Source: Chloroflexota bacterium
GTDB taxonomy: Bacteria > Chloroflexota > Dehalococcoidia > Lucifugimonadales > UBA3495
Direction of reading: 5' to 3'
DNA length: 43,559 nucleotides
Assembly: GCA_009840135.1 (NCBI GenBank)
Contig: VXOH01000011.1
Location: 6,559-50,117 of the forward strand
Shown here one piece after another: positions 1 to 10,490 of this stretch; within the stretch, counting starts at the first letter, position 1; each line of letters opens with the position of its first letter. The notes under the pieces were generated by a model. The model did no database searches, was not told the origin of the DNA, and was given only the letters and a program-made list of their open reading frames with translations. The translations under genes and the position numbers were made by a program.

Positions 1-32
1 AACCCATCATTTCAAAGTTGTTGGACCATTAG
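1..32. repeat. Partial end (terminal inverted repeat) of the CTAG-bounded MITE-like element
   Basis: AACCCATCATTTCAAAGTTGTTGGACCATTAG resembles the element end at 33997-34028 (AACCCATCACTTCAATTCCGATCGACTACTAG) and the reverse complement of 39103-39134. It is truncated by the window start. Confidence 0.6.
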
Positions 33-158
33 TCGCAGCAGCAAACCGCCTGAGCGAGAACGCTCCGGGCAAAAATTGCCGGGTCTGACCCTTGCGGCTG
101 CCCTGGCATCAGGAAGGGGAAATCTCCGGCTTGCGCTCTCGAGGTCTCCCGGCAGTCG

Positions 159-187
159 TTGACCCTAAAGGCCGGGATACATATACT
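159..187 (+). promoter_or_regulatory. Sigma70-type promoter for the DUF59-mrp genes
   Basis: TTGACC (159-164), 17-nt spacer, TATACT (182-187), then a GAGGAGG RBS before the ATG at 218. Confidence 0.6.
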
Positions 188-217
188 GAAATCAGTTCAA
201 GACTTCGAGGAGGCGCC

Positions 218-526
218 ATGCCGACCGACGTATCGCAAGAAGAGGTTTACCAGGCTCTGAAGACCGTTTACGACCCGGAGATTCCCGTAAATGTCGTTGA
301 CCTGGGTCTGATTTATGATGTCCAGGTTACCGACGAGAATAACGTCTTTGTCCAAATGACGCTCACGTTCCCCGGCTGCGGTATGGGGCCGCATATCGCC
401 CAACAGGCAGAGTGGGCGATCCAGGACCTGGATGGCGTGGAGGAAGTGGAAATCGAGCTGACCTTCGACCCGCCCTGGTCCCCGGAGATGATCAGCGAAG
501 AAGCCCGAATGATGCTTGGCATTTAG
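218..526 (+). CDS. DUF59/SufT-like metal-sulfur cluster assembly factor
   Basis: Motifs VYDPEIPVNVVDLGLIY, MTLTFPGCGMG and FDPPWSPEM. Start placed at ATG 218 after the GAGGAGG RBS. Confidence 0.92.
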   Translation: MPTDVSQEEVYQALKTVYDPEIPVNVVDLGLIYDVQVTDENNVFVQMTLTFPGCGMGPHIAQQAEWAIQDLDGVEEVEIELTFDPPWSPEMISEEARMMLGI

Positions 527-606
527 TACTTGCCAATCCCCGTTCTTGGCAACCCCGGGAAACCGCAAGACCACGAATAACAGATCGGCCCAAGCCGGGA
601 GGAAAT

Positions 607-1416
607 ATGGCCTCGCCCCAGGATAACGCCAGGCTCGAGCAAATAAAGCGCAGCTGGCAGCAGAAACGACAGATTACGGAACGCTTGTCCGCCATCAAGA
701 CCAAGGTGGGCGTTTACAGCGGCAAGGGAGGGGTCGGCAAGACCACGGTAGCGGTAAACCTGGCGGCAACCCTGGCCCAGGAAGGCAACAAGGTTGGCCT
801 TCTTGACGTGGACATTGATTGTCCCAACGTGACCAAGGTCCTGGGCCTCACCGACAAAGCCGACTACGTAAACGGCCAGATAATTCCCGCTGAAAAGTGG
901 GGCGTAAAGGTCATCTCCATGTCCTTCTTCCAGGAGAACGAGGACGAGGCCATTATCTGGCGGGGTCCCATGATCCACAACGCCATCAACCAGTTCCTGC
1001 AGTCCACCGATTGGGGCGAACTGGACTACCTGATAGTGGACATGCCCCCCGGAACCTCCGACTCGCCTCTGACGGTTATGCAGACCCTCCCCATGGACGG
1101 GTTCGTGGTTGTGAGCACGCCCCAGGAGCTGGCCAACATTGACGCCAAGCGGTGCATTAATATGATCCGCAAGCTCAATTTGAACGTGGTTGGCATAGTG
1201 GAAAACTATACCGGCGATGTGTTCGGCCAGGGAGGCGGCGAAAACCTGGCCCGGGAAGTGGATGCACCCTACCTGGGGGCACTGGAGTTACGTTCCGCGT
1301 ACCGGGACAGCAGCAGTCCCACATCACTGGTGGACTCGGAGGTCGGCGAGGAATATGCCAACCTGGCGAGTGGCGTTAAGGAGAGTCTCAAGGCTCTGGG
1401 CCGCGACCCCGCCTAG
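607..1416 (+). CDS. mrp: Mrp/ApbC/NBP35 family P-loop ATPase (Fe-S carrier)
   Basis: Deviant Walker A SGKGGVGKTT, IIWRGPM and DYLIVDMPPGTSD. ATG 607 follows a GGAGG RBS. The stop TAG is part of the CTAG at the element boundary. Confidence 0.92.
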   Translation: MASPQDNARLEQIKRSWQQKRQITERLSAIKTKVGVYSGKGGVGKTTVAVNLAATLAQEGNKVGLLDVDIDCPNVTKVLGLTDKADYVNGQIIPAEKWGVKVISMSFFQENEDEAIIWRGPMIHNAINQFLQSTDWGELDYLIVDMPPGTSDSPLTVMQTLPMDGFVVVSTPQELANIDAKRCINMIRKLNLNVVGIVENYTGDVFGQGGGENLAREVDAPYLGALELRSAYRDSSSPTSLVDSEVGEEYANLASGVKESLKALGRDPA

Positions 1417-1563
1417 TGAACCATCCGCTTTGATATGGTGGGTGGCAACGGCGTTTCGCCTTTCCTGCATGGACCAAAGATCAAGAACTCTCACGAGGTT
1501 CCCGCCTTCGCGGGAACGACAGTTAAATCCCAATCCATGATTCCAGTAGCAACCGCCTACTAG
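1413..1563 (+). mobile_element. CTAG-bounded MITE-like element, copy A (151 bp)
   Basis: CTAG at both ends. Colinear with 33878-34028 and the same length. Internal REP-like palindrome TTCCCGCCTTCGCGGGAA. Confidence 0.75.
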
Positions 1564-1633
1564 CGAAGGAATCGGAAACGAACGAAGATTGACCGACGCG
1601 GAGCTAATGCCCTGCGGACCCAAGCAGAAACGA

Positions 1634-3481
1634 TCAGTCAACCTCCAGGGTAACAGTGGGGGCTTCGGGAACATTTTCCGAAGCCTTTTCCTTTCTTGGC
1701 ACAGGAGCCTGGCTGGGGCGCCTCGAACCGGACGTAATTCTCAGCAACAGCTCAACTTCCCGGTCCATCGCTTCCTGCGAGTATGCGCTGGTTTCTCCCA
1801 TCTGCCGGAATTTCCTGTAGCGGGCCTCGAGCATCTTGCTTTCCGACCTTCTGGAAACCTCCCTTAAGCGACGAAAAAGTTCGTTCCTCAAAATAGCCGC
1901 AGCCTGCTTTGGGTCATGGTGGGCTCCTTCGGCAGGCTCCGCCACTACGGCATCAATTATTCCCAATTCCCCGCAGTCGCGGGCGGTCAGCATCAATGCT
2001 TCGGCCGCTTCCCGGTCAAGATTCGGGTCACCATAAGGGCCGCCCGGTGTCCGGTTCAGGGAAATAGGAGAGAAGATGGCATATTGCTGCATAACAATGC
2101 GGTCTGCCAGCCCCAGGGCCAGGGCGCCCTCATTGCCGCCTTCACCAATTATTGCCGAAACTATGGGTACGGGCGCCTCCAGCATCATGGATATGGTCGT
2201 AGCGATGGCGTTGCCAATTCCGTGCTCTTCAGCTTCAAGGCCTGGGTCGGCCCCGTGGGTATCAATGAAGGAAACTATGGGCAACTGGAACCTGACCGCC
2301 AGTCTTATGAGTTTCTGGGCCTTCCGAAGCCCATCCGGATTGAGGTGATACTTGCCCCCATCCAGCGAATAGGGCCGCTGTTGGCCAATCACGGCCACCG
2401 GCTGGTCGCACAAATAACCCACGCCCGTGACAATGGAGCCGGAGTCCCCGCTCAGGCGATCTCCGTGCAATTCGAAGAACTGGCCCAGAATATTCCTTAT
2501 GTAGAAGGTGGCTGAAGGCCGTTCACCATTCCGGGTAATGGCAACCGCTTCCCACACCTCTGACTCGGGACCAACCGGCACCCGGTTGCGGGAAGGCATA
2601 ACATATTCACCCTTGCCAAGTTTCTGGGCGCCCAGCATCTTAAGCAGGACGGACAGGCGGGCCTTCAGGGACTCCCGGTCCACCACGTTGTCCAGCAACC
2701 CGTGTTCCAGGTGGGACTCCGCTGTATGGGCATCTACTGGCACCGGCCCCCTGGAGAGTTCCCGCAGGGCGCGCAGGGGAGACAGGCCGATTAGAGAACC
2801 GGGTTCCGCCAGGATTACATCAGCCAGGTTGGCGAAGCTGGCGTAGGCCTGGCCGGTGGAAGGGTTGGCAAGGACTACGACGAAGGGCAGCCCCTTTTCC
2901 TTGAACCGGTTAGCCGCAGTGACCGTCTTGGCCATCTGCATCAGGGAGAGCACTCCCTCCTGGATGCGGGCGCCCCCGCCGGTTACCACCGCAATCAAGG
3001 GCAATTCCTGCTTGGCCGCAGCCTCCAGCCCGAGGGCAATCTTCTCGCCAACAACGCTGCCCATGCTGCCGCCCATGAACCCGAAGTCCAATACCACCAG
3101 CATGGCCCGCACGCCGTCAATGCGGCAGGTACCCGTCACGGTAGCTTCGGTAAGCCCGGTTCGACTCTGGTCCTTGCTGACCAGGTTGCGGTAGGAGCCT
3201 CTTTGAGAAAAAGATATGGGCGCAACCGAACTGAGGTACTTGTGCGATTCCTTGAAGCTTCGCCGGTCGGCCAGCAATTGAATCCTCTGCCTGGCGGACA
3301 GGGAATAATGAAATCGGCAATAGGGGCAAACCCGGTAGTTCTGGTAGGCCGTAGTTGCGCTGATGTCTTCCTCGCAATAGAGGCAACGGTCATGGACCGA
3401 CGAAGGAAAGATCCTGTCCATCCTTCCATGTCGGCCAAATAAGTGGACCAGAAGATTGCCGAGGTTTCTCAACTCTTCCAC
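1634..3481 (-). CDS. accDA: Fused acetyl-CoA carboxylase carboxyltransferase beta+alpha (AccD-AccA)
   Basis: N-terminal zinc finger CLYC...CPYC with FMGGSMGSVVGEK and GGARIQEG (AccD). C-terminal half has FELHGDR, IDTHGADPG and IIGEGGNEGALAL (AccA). Confidence 0.9.
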   Translation of the reverse strand: MEELRNLGNLLVHLFGRHGRMDRIFPSSVHDRCLYCEEDISATTAYQNYRVCPYCRFHYSLSARQRIQLLADRRSFKESHKYLSSVAPISFSQRGSYRNLVSKDQSRTGLTEATVTGTCRIDGVRAMLVVLDFGFMGGSMGSVVGEKIALGLEAAAKQELPLIAVVTGGGARIQEGVLSLMQMAKTVTAANRFKEKGLPFVVVLANPSTGQAYASFANLADVILAEPGSLIGLSPLRALRELSRGPVPVDAHTAESHLEHGLLDNVVDRESLKARLSVLLKMLGAQKLGKGEYVMPSRNRVPVGPESEVWEAVAITRNGERPSATFYIRNILGQFFELHGDRLSGDSGSIVTGVGYLCDQPVAVIGQQRPYSLDGGKYHLNPDGLRKAQKLIRLAVRFQLPIVSFIDTHGADPGLEAEEHGIGNAIATTISMMLEAPVPIVSAIIGEGGNEGALALGLADRIVMQQYAIFSPISLNRTPGGPYGDPNLDREAAEALMLTARDCGELGIIDAVVAEPAEGAHHDPKQAAAILRNELFRRLREVSRRSESKMLEARYRKFRQMGETSAYSQEAMDREVELLLRITSGSRRPSQAPVPRKEKASENVPEAPTVTLEVD

Positions 3482-3910
3482 CCCGCCGGAATGATTCGGA
3501 TTCCCCGATCAGCCAGTACGAAAAGCCTGGCCCTCGCCGACGCTCGTGGTGAGCGCTCATGCGGGAAGCGCCAGTCAAAGGCGCCCTACAGTTAAATGAT
3601 ACAACCTGGCAGCGCTGAAAGGGAATACAATGCCGGTTCGCTTCGTCCCAGGACTCAAGGCTGCGTTTGACCGACGAGCCCTTTATTTCTTTCGACGGAT
3701 GGGCGCTTAACTTGCAGCAAATACAGGCCCACCACTTCCAGGCGATGTTCCGTATCAAATGGTCGCCTTGCCTGTATCCTCAAAGACTGTCCCAAAAGCA
3801 AACGTCCCAGATTGGAAACAGAGCCTCAGGACTACCGGGTGTTTCCCAATCATTGTATAATGGGCCAACCTTCGCTCCTCGGAGGAACAGCGGGATATGC
3901 CTGTCCTCTG

Positions 3911-4005
3911 GGGGTAAGAGCCTGTACCGGAAGTCCCATTCAACTAGGCGGCGGAACCGCCCTGTGCGCGACTGCCGAATCCTGTGAAACTCATTTGCTC
4001 AGGAG
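3911..4005 (+). ncRNA. Putative structured cis-regulatory leader of icd (possibly icd-II-like motif)
   Basis: Nested pairings GAGC/GCTC, CGGAAGTC/GACTGCCG, TAGG/CCTG and GCGG/CCGC. The outer stem abuts the AGGAG RBS. TATAAT lies upstream at 3856-3861. Family assignment not verified. Confidence 0.4.
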
Positions 4006-4011
4006 ACAAAT

Positions 4012-6240
4012 ATGCCAGAAGAAGCCAGGATAATTTATACCGAAACGGACGAAGCGCCGGCGTTAGCCACGCACTCACTCTTGCCGATTCTCCAGGCCTT
4101 TACCAAGAGTTCAGGAATTGCGCTGGAGACCTGGGATATCTCGCTATCGGGGCGTATCATTGCCAATTTCCCCGACAACCTGACCGAAGCGCAGCGCATG
4201 CCTGACTACCTCCGCATGTGCGGGGAGCTTTGCCTCGAGCCCTCGGCGAACCTCGTAAAGCTGCCCAACATCAGCGCATCCATTCCCCAGCTTAAGTCAG
4301 CCATCGCGGAACTCCAGTCCAAGGGCTATGACGTTCCCGACTATCCCGACCAGCCAGCCAATGACCAGGAACGCGAAATCCAGGTGCGCTACTCCCGCGT
4401 GCTGGGCAGCGCGGTAAATCCCGTAATCAGGGAAGGCAACTCCGACCGCCGTTCTTCCACCGCCGTTAAGGAACACGGACGGCGCAATCCTCACCGGATG
4501 ATGCAGGACTGGCCGGAAGTTTCCAACTCCCGAGTGGGGCACATGTCCGGCAGCGACTTCTTTGGCAGCGAGCAGGCCGTTACCACTACCGAGGCAGGCA
4601 CGGCGACCATCGAGTTCGTCTCCGCCGATGGAACCGTAACCCCGCTGAAATACGATATGCCCCTGCAGGCGGGCGAAATAATTGACTGCGCCGTGATGAA
4701 CGTGGCAGCCCTGCGCGGGTTCTACGCCCGTGAACTGGACCAGGCAAAGGCCGAAGACCTGTTGATAGGCCTCCACGTCAAGACCACCATGATGCGCGTT
4801 TCGGACCCCATCATCTTCGGCCATTTCGTGTCCGTCTTTTTCCAGGAGATATTCGACAAGTATGCTTCGGAACTGGCCGAAGTGGCAGTGGACCCGGACA
4901 ATGGGGTAGCGGAACTCCTTACCAAGATTCAAGGGCTGCCCGATGACAAGCGGGCCGCCATCGAGGCCGACATTCAGGCCGTGTATGACCGTCGCCCCGG
5001 GTTGACCATGGTGAATTCGAACCGGGGAATCACCAACCTTCACGTCTCCAGCGATACCATTATTGACGCCTCCATGCCCGTTATCATTCGCGACGGCGGT
5101 CGGAGCTGGGGCCCGGACAACGAACTCCACGACACGGTAGCCCTGATACCGGACCGGTCCTACGCCACCATTTACCAGGCCGTCGTTGAAGACTGCAAGA
5201 TCAACGGGGCGCTGGACCCCGCCAGTATCGGCAGCGTCGCCAACGTGGGCCTGATGGCCCAGGCGGCGGAAGAATACGGTTCCCACGACAAGACCTTTGA
5301 AGCCCCGGGAAACGGGCGGATTCGCGTCGTGGACGCTTCGGGCAACGCTTTGATGGACCAGAGCGTAGAAGAGGGCGATATTTTCCGGATGTGCCAGACC
5401 AAGGACGCCCCTATCCAGGACTGGGTAAGGCTCGGCGTTGCACGCTCCCGGCTTACCGGCCAGGCTGCAATTTTCTGGCTTGACCCGACCCGGGCCCATG
5501 ATGCCGAGCTGATAAAGAAGGTGGACCAGTACCTGCCGGACCACGATACCACCGGACTGGACATCAGCACGCAGACGCCCCTTGAAGCGATGCAGACCAC
5601 GCTGGCTCGCAGCCGCGCGGGACAGGACACCATCGCCGTCACCGGCAACGTATTGCGCGACTATTTGACAGACCTCTTCCCCATTCTTGAGCTGGGAACC
5701 AGCGCCAAGATGCTCTCGGTCGTCCCGCTGCTCAACGGCGGGGGACTGTTCGAGACGGGCGCCGGCGGTTCCGCGCCCAGGCACGTACAACAGTTCGTCG
5801 AGGAGGGACACCTGCGCTGGGACTCTCTGGGCGAGTTTTGCGCCATGGTGGCGTCCTTTGAGCACTGCGGTGAAGTTTTCGATAACGACCAGGCCAGGCT
5901 CATGGCCGAAACCCTGGACCAGGGCATTGGCGAGCACCTGGAGAACAACAGGTCACCCTCCCGTAGGGTCAATGAGCTGGACACCCGGGGCAGCCACTAC
6001 TACCTGGCCCTTTACTGGGCCGAAGCGCTGGCGAAGCAGGACAAGGATGCTGCCATGCGGGCCCGATTTGCCGACGTTGCGCGCCAACTCCGGGAAAATG
6101 AGGATACCATCGTCCAAGAACTGAACGAAGCCCAGGGGCAAACCGTGGATATCGGAGGCTATTACCGCCCGGATAACGACATGGCCGCCAGGGCCATGCG
6201 TCCCAGCGCTACCCTGAACTCGATAATTGATGCGATTTAG
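4012..6240 (+). CDS. icd: Monomeric NADP-dependent isocitrate dehydrogenase
   Basis: 742 aa with [42 protein letters not shown] and [15 protein letters not shown], typical of monomeric IDH. Confidence 0.97.
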   Translation: MPEEARIIYTETDEAPALATHSLLPILQAFTKSSGIALETWDISLSGRIIANFPDNLTEAQRMPDYLRMCGELCLEPSANLVKLPNISASIPQLKSAIAELQSKGYDVPDYPDQPANDQEREIQVRYSRVLGSAVNPVIREGNSDRRSSTAVKEHGRRNPHRMMQDWPEVSNSRVGHMSGSDFFGSEQAVTTTEAGTATIEFVSADGTVTPLKYDMPLQAGEIIDCAVMNVAALRGFYARELDQAKAEDLLIGLHVKTTMMRVSDPIIFGHFVSVFFQEIFDKYASELAEVAVDPDNGVAELLTKIQGLPDDKRAAIEADIQAVYDRRPGLTMVNSNRGITNLHVSSDTIIDASMPVIIRDGGRSWGPDNELHDTVALIPDRSYATIYQAVVEDCKINGALDPASIGSVANVGLMAQAAEEYGSHDKTFEAPGNGRIRVVDASGNALMDQSVEEGDIFRMCQTKDAPIQDWVRLGVARSRLTGQAAIFWLDPTRAHDAELIKKVDQYLPDHDTTGLDISTQTPLEAMQTTLARSRAGQDTIAVTGNVLRDYLTDLFPILELGTSAKMLSVVPLLNGGGLFETGAGGSAPRHVQQFVEEGHLRWDSLGEFCAMVASFEHCGEVFDNDQARLMAETLDQGIGEHLENNRSPSRRVNELDTRGSHYYLALYWAEALAKQDKDAAMRARFADVARQLRENEDTIVQELNEAQGQTVDIGGYYRPDNDMAARAMRPSATLNSIIDAI

Positions 6241-6429
6241 CCGGCGGCGAGTCAGAGTCGCTGTGGTCGCAGGACTTCGCGCTCGTGTCTTCCGGACGGC
6301 CCAAAACCTTGGGACCGATAGTCTTGAGTATGAAAACCTGAGGCGCCGCCGTGCGAATCGCATGTCTCTGCCCGGTTTCGATACGGCTGTTTCGTGGGCC
6401 GGCGATTTAGATAGAGGAGTATTTACCAG

Positions 6430-7374
6430 ATGAGGAGCAAAGTAACCGTAGTAGGCGCCGGAAACGTCGGCGCGACTGCCGTTCAGAGAATTCACCAATT
6501 GGGCTACGCCGATACCGTGCTGGTTGACGTGGTTGAGGACCTGCCCCAGGGAAAGGCCCTGGACATGCTGGAATCCGGCCCCGTCATCGGGTCCGACGCC
6601 ATGGTGACCGGAAGCAACAGCTACGAGGAAACGGCCGGTTCCGACGTGGTGGTAATTACCGCGGGAATCGCCCGCCGGCCTGGAATGAGCCGGGACGACT
6701 TGTTGCTTACGAACATGAACATAACCAGCGCGGTCACCGAGCAGGTGGTCAAGTATTCTCCCGACTGCATTATTCTTGCGGTGACCAACCCACTGGATGC
6801 CATGTGCCAGAACATCCTGGAGTCCAGCGGCTTTCCCCGCAACCGGGTTTTCGGAATGGCGGGGGTGCTGGATACGGCCAGGTTCCGGACCTTTATCGCC
6901 CAGGAGTTGAACGTTTCCGTTGAGGACGTTCAGGCGTACGTGCTGGGCGGCCACGGCGACGACATGGTGCCGCTGGTGCGCTATACCACCGTAGGCGGCA
7001 TTCCCATCAGCGAGATGATGTCCGAGGAGACGGTGGACGCCCTGGTGCAGCGAACTCGCCAGGGTGGAGGCGAAATCGTAGCCCTGCTTAAGGCGGGCAG
7101 CGCCTACTATGCTCCCTCAGCGTCCATTACCCAGATGGTTGAAGCAATTTTGCTGGACAAGAAGCGCATTCTGCCCGGTTGCGCCTACCTGGAGGGTGAA
7201 TTTGGCATCAACGGCCTCTGCGTCGGCGTTCCGGTGAAGGTGGGCGCCGGGGGGATGGAGCAGGTAATCGAGATTAAGCTGACCGATGACGAACAGAAAG
7301 CGCTGGAAGCCTCGGCGGCCAGCGTGCAGGAACTGGTGGAAGTTATGAAGAACGCCAAGGAAGGAGCCCAATAG
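6430..7374 (+). CDS. mdh: Malate dehydrogenase (LDH-like)
   Basis: [38 protein letters not shown] and GSAYYAP. Lies next to icd. Confidence 0.96.
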   Translation: MRSKVTVVGAGNVGATAVQRIHQLGYADTVLVDVVEDLPQGKALDMLESGPVIGSDAMVTGSNSYEETAGSDVVVITAGIARRPGMSRDDLLLTNMNITSAVTEQVVKYSPDCIILAVTNPLDAMCQNILESSGFPRNRVFGMAGVLDTARFRTFIAQELNVSVEDVQAYVLGGHGDDMVPLVRYTTVGGIPISEMMSEETVDALVQRTRQGGGEIVALLKAGSAYYAPSASITQMVEAILLDKKRILPGCAYLEGEFGINGLCVGVPVKVGAGGMEQVIEIKLTDDEQKALEASAASVQELVEVMKNAKEGAQ

Positions 7375-7619
7375 TCGGAATTTTCATATTGGCCCAAACG
7401 TGGCGGATGGCCGAACCCCGGGGTGTAATTTCCGAAGAATGGGGATAACATAAGCCCTCCGGGAAAGGCAAGATAGCGGTCAGCCACTCCTGAGCACCCA
7501 GATTCTGTAGCGGCTCTATGCATTAAATTGCCTGGAGCCGCTATTGATTTACGTAAAAATCTGGTACAAATATAGTAGAATACTAATTAGAGGGTAATTT
7601 CAGGTGGGAGGGTTGAGAA

Positions 7620-8912
7620 GTGGCCGGTCGAAGCTTGCAGGAAAAGGAACTGCTGGAAAAGGCAGCCAGATATCTGCCGGGCGGTGGTTCAGGGAATACC
7701 AACTTCCCTGAATCCGTGAATTTCCTGGTGCGGGAAGGCCGCGGCTCCCACATTTGGGACGTCAGCGGCAATGAATACGTGGACTGGCTTATGGGTTCGG
7801 GCCCCATGGTGTTGGGCCATGCTCACCCGGCGGTGGTGGACGCCGTGACCGAAGCGGTTGCCCAGGGCAGCACCTTCTTTACCACCAACGAAAAAGCGGT
7901 GCTGCTGGCGGAAGAGCTCGTAAATTCCGTACCCTGCGCCGACAAGGTCCGGTTCACAACCAGCGGGACCGATGCTTGCTTCCAGGCAATGCGAGCAGCC
8001 CGGGCCTATCGCAAGCGGGAAAAGGTGCTGAAGTTCGAAGGCGGCTTTCATGGCACCAGCGACTATGCGCTGATGAGCGTAACTCCGACCTCGGCGGAGG
8101 AGTATCCGGTGGCCGTACCCAACAGCGGCGGAATACCCCGGGCCATCCAGGAATTGATGCTTATCGCTCCTTTCAATGATTTAGAGACCACTTCCTCGAT
8201 TATTGGAGCCCACCATGATGAACTGGCTGCCGTAATCGTGGAACCCTTGCAGCGAATAATTGCCCCCCGGCCTGGTTTCTTGCAGGGCTTGAGAGACATT
8301 ACCAGGCGGTACGGCATTCCCCTCATATTTGACGAGGTGGTAACGGGTTTCCGGCTGGCGTACGGCGGAGCCCAGGTCTATTACGGGGTTACGCCGGACC
8401 TTTGCTCCATGGGAAAGATAATGGGCGGGGGATACCCTCTGGCGGCGGTCATGGGTCGAGACGACATAATGTCCGTTTACGACCAGGCCCTGGTTGATTC
8501 CGACGACTATATCAACCAGATTGGCACGTTGAACGGGAACCCGGTCGCATGCGCCGCGGGACTGGCCACGCTGGCTGAAATGAGGAAGGAAGGTGCATAC
8601 GAGCGTTTGTGGAGCGTTGGCAGGAGAGTCCGGCAGGGGTTGGTGGACATTTGCACCGAGAACGGTCTCCCGGTACAGAGCAGCGGAGAAGACGCCATTT
8701 TTGACATCTATTTCACCGAAACGCCGGTGAACAACTATCGTGACGGACTGGCGGCGGACGGAGGTTTGATGGCCCGTCTGAACCAGGGCTTGCTGGAACG
8801 GGGCATATTGAAAAGCTGGCCCCAGAAGTATTACCCGTCCCTGGTCCATACCGACGAGGACGTGGACCGCACCCTCACCGCAGTACGTGAGGTAGTTCCG
8901 ACGCTGGTATAG
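7620..8912 (+). CDS. Class III PLP aminotransferase (glutamate-1-semialdehyde aminomutase-like)
   Basis: FEGGFHG, LIFDEVVTGFR, PLP lysine in MGKIMGGGYP, and GTLNGNP. Confidence 0.88.
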   Translation: MAGRSLQEKELLEKAARYLPGGGSGNTNFPESVNFLVREGRGSHIWDVSGNEYVDWLMGSGPMVLGHAHPAVVDAVTEAVAQGSTFFTTNEKAVLLAEELVNSVPCADKVRFTTSGTDACFQAMRAARAYRKREKVLKFEGGFHGTSDYALMSVTPTSAEEYPVAVPNSGGIPRAIQELMLIAPFNDLETTSSIIGAHHDELAAVIVEPLQRIIAPRPGFLQGLRDITRRYGIPLIFDEVVTGFRLAYGGAQVYYGVTPDLCSMGKIMGGGYPLAAVMGRDDIMSVYDQALVDSDDYINQIGTLNGNPVACAAGLATLAEMRKEGAYERLWSVGRRVRQGLVDICTENGLPVQSSGEDAIFDIYFTETPVNNYRDGLAADGGLMARLNQGLLERGILKSWPQKYYPSLVHTDEDVDRTLTAVREVVPTLV

Positions 8913-9128
8913 GCGGCGTCCGGGGAGCGCTCGATTCGTCGCTTGCCGGCATAGGAGAGGAAGCTCGAGAGCAGGGTCGGTCCAGTTTGGCGCCACTGGG
9001 TCAGACCTATCGAAATGCAGAAGAGTTGGCAATCAATGGTCTGCGCAGGTTTAATCATCAGGCCGAATCGTTCTAAATGGTTCAAAGGGGACCGCGGCCG
9101 TAAGTGAGGGACGAAAGCCCAAAAAGCG

Positions 9129-10382
9129 ATGAGTACCCTGAACGACAATTCTCCGGAAGCTGGCGACTCCGCACGTTCACAGGCGGGCGCTGATGTACGC
9201 AGTGACCCAGGCAACGAATTGGTTGTGCCGGGCATGTACGTGCCGGGCTATGCCAGGGCCCGCGAAATAAACCCCCAACTGGCCGACAATTACATTCGAC
9301 ACACCACCATCGGGGACCCCCTGGCGGATGCCATGGTGGCTGATATATCCGTGCTTTCTCCCAGCGAAAGGCAGCGTCTGATTCATGCGGTGATGGAAAG
9401 TGAAGAGGACGTATTGGCGAGTGCGCCCGAGTCCGTGAGGGCCCTGTACAACGACGCAAACACCAAGCCAAAATGGGTGAATGAGGCAGGCTTCCGCCCC
9501 GGCATTCGAAGCTTTCATGCCAATGCGCCGGAGATTCTCGGTGGAATGGTCGGGGGCGTTCTGGTCGAGGGCTTTTCCACCGCAATCTGCGAATCATTCC
9601 TCATAACCGGGCGGCTACGGGAACAGGGCGTCCGTCGCCTCAAACAGAACAATCGCCACATGCTGGAGATTTTTCTGCCGGGCGGGCTGGAGCGGTTTGG
9701 CGATGGCTGGAAGCTGTCAGTAAGGATCCGAATTGTTCATGCCAGGATTCGTCACCTTCTTAACAACTCTCCCGCAGACTGGGACCTGAGCGAGATGGGG
9801 ACTCCCATCAGCGCGGCTCACGTGGGATTCGCCATCTCTTCCTTTTCCGCGAGGCTGCTCACCCATGCCCGATCCCTGGGCGCCTCCTTCAGCGCGGAGG
9901 AACGGGCCAGTTTCATGCAGGTCTGGCGCTATTCCGGGCATCTAATGGGCATTCCCGACACGATTCTCTTCACCACCGAGGAGGACGCGTTGAAACTCAG
10001 GGAGGTAGCCGTAGCGTCCGAGCCTGAGCCCACCTTCAGCTCCATCATCATGGCAAACGCATTGATAAACTCGGCGCCCCTGGTGATCGGAATTCAAGAC
10101 CCGGAGGCCAGGCGCGACCTGGTGAAGTACGTTTATACCGTTTCGACTGCATTGATTGGAAAGAAGATGGCCGGTCAGCTCCGATATCCCAAGACGACCA
10201 CTTTCGGCGTTTTGCCGGTGTACCGAATGCGGGTGCGTGCCAAGCGGCTTATCAGTCAACTCAGCCCCAAACGCAACCGCTCATCCAATTTCGAAGCGCT
10301 CATCAACGCTTCCATGTTCGATCATCAAATCTCCTACGACCTTCCGGACCACGCCCACGCCGAGGAGTCACAGCGGTGGTAG
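9129..10382 (+). CDS. MpaB/DUF2236 (Lcp-like) oxygenase family protein
   Basis: GDPLADA N-terminus, VRIRIVHARIR (conserved His), W...GTPIS and WRYSGHLMGIP, typical of this heme oxygenase fold. Confidence 0.75.
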   Translation: MSTLNDNSPEAGDSARSQAGADVRSDPGNELVVPGMYVPGYARAREINPQLADNYIRHTTIGDPLADAMVADISVLSPSERQRLIHAVMESEEDVLASAPESVRALYNDANTKPKWVNEAGFRPGIRSFHANAPEILGGMVGGVLVEGFSTAICESFLITGRLREQGVRRLKQNNRHMLEIFLPGGLERFGDGWKLSVRIRIVHARIRHLLNNSPADWDLSEMGTPISAAHVGFAISSFSARLLTHARSLGASFSAEERASFMQVWRYSGHLMGIPDTILFTTEEDALKLREVAVASEPEPTFSSIIMANALINSAPLVIGIQDPEARRDLVKYVYTVSTALIGKKMAGQLRYPKTTTFGVLPVYRMRVRAKRLISQLSPKRNRSSNFEALINASMFDHQISYDLPDHAHAEESQRW

Positions 10383-10490
10383 GCGTCCCTGCCGGCCACC
10401 CAAGAGCGGGAAGGGTAAGAGAATTATCGCCCTATTACATTTGCTCCGTGGGAACCACCGGAATGGCAATCCCGGGTCCGGCAGGGAAAG

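Noticed and set aside
92-606. Long N-terminal extensions given for the DUF59 (92) and Mrp (412) ORFs
   Set aside because: Good RBS-ATG pairs exist at 218 and 607. The extensions overlap the promoter or the upstream gene.
4297-5937. 546-aa antisense ORF
   Set aside because: Shadow of icd in GC-rich DNA, with no recognisable motifs.
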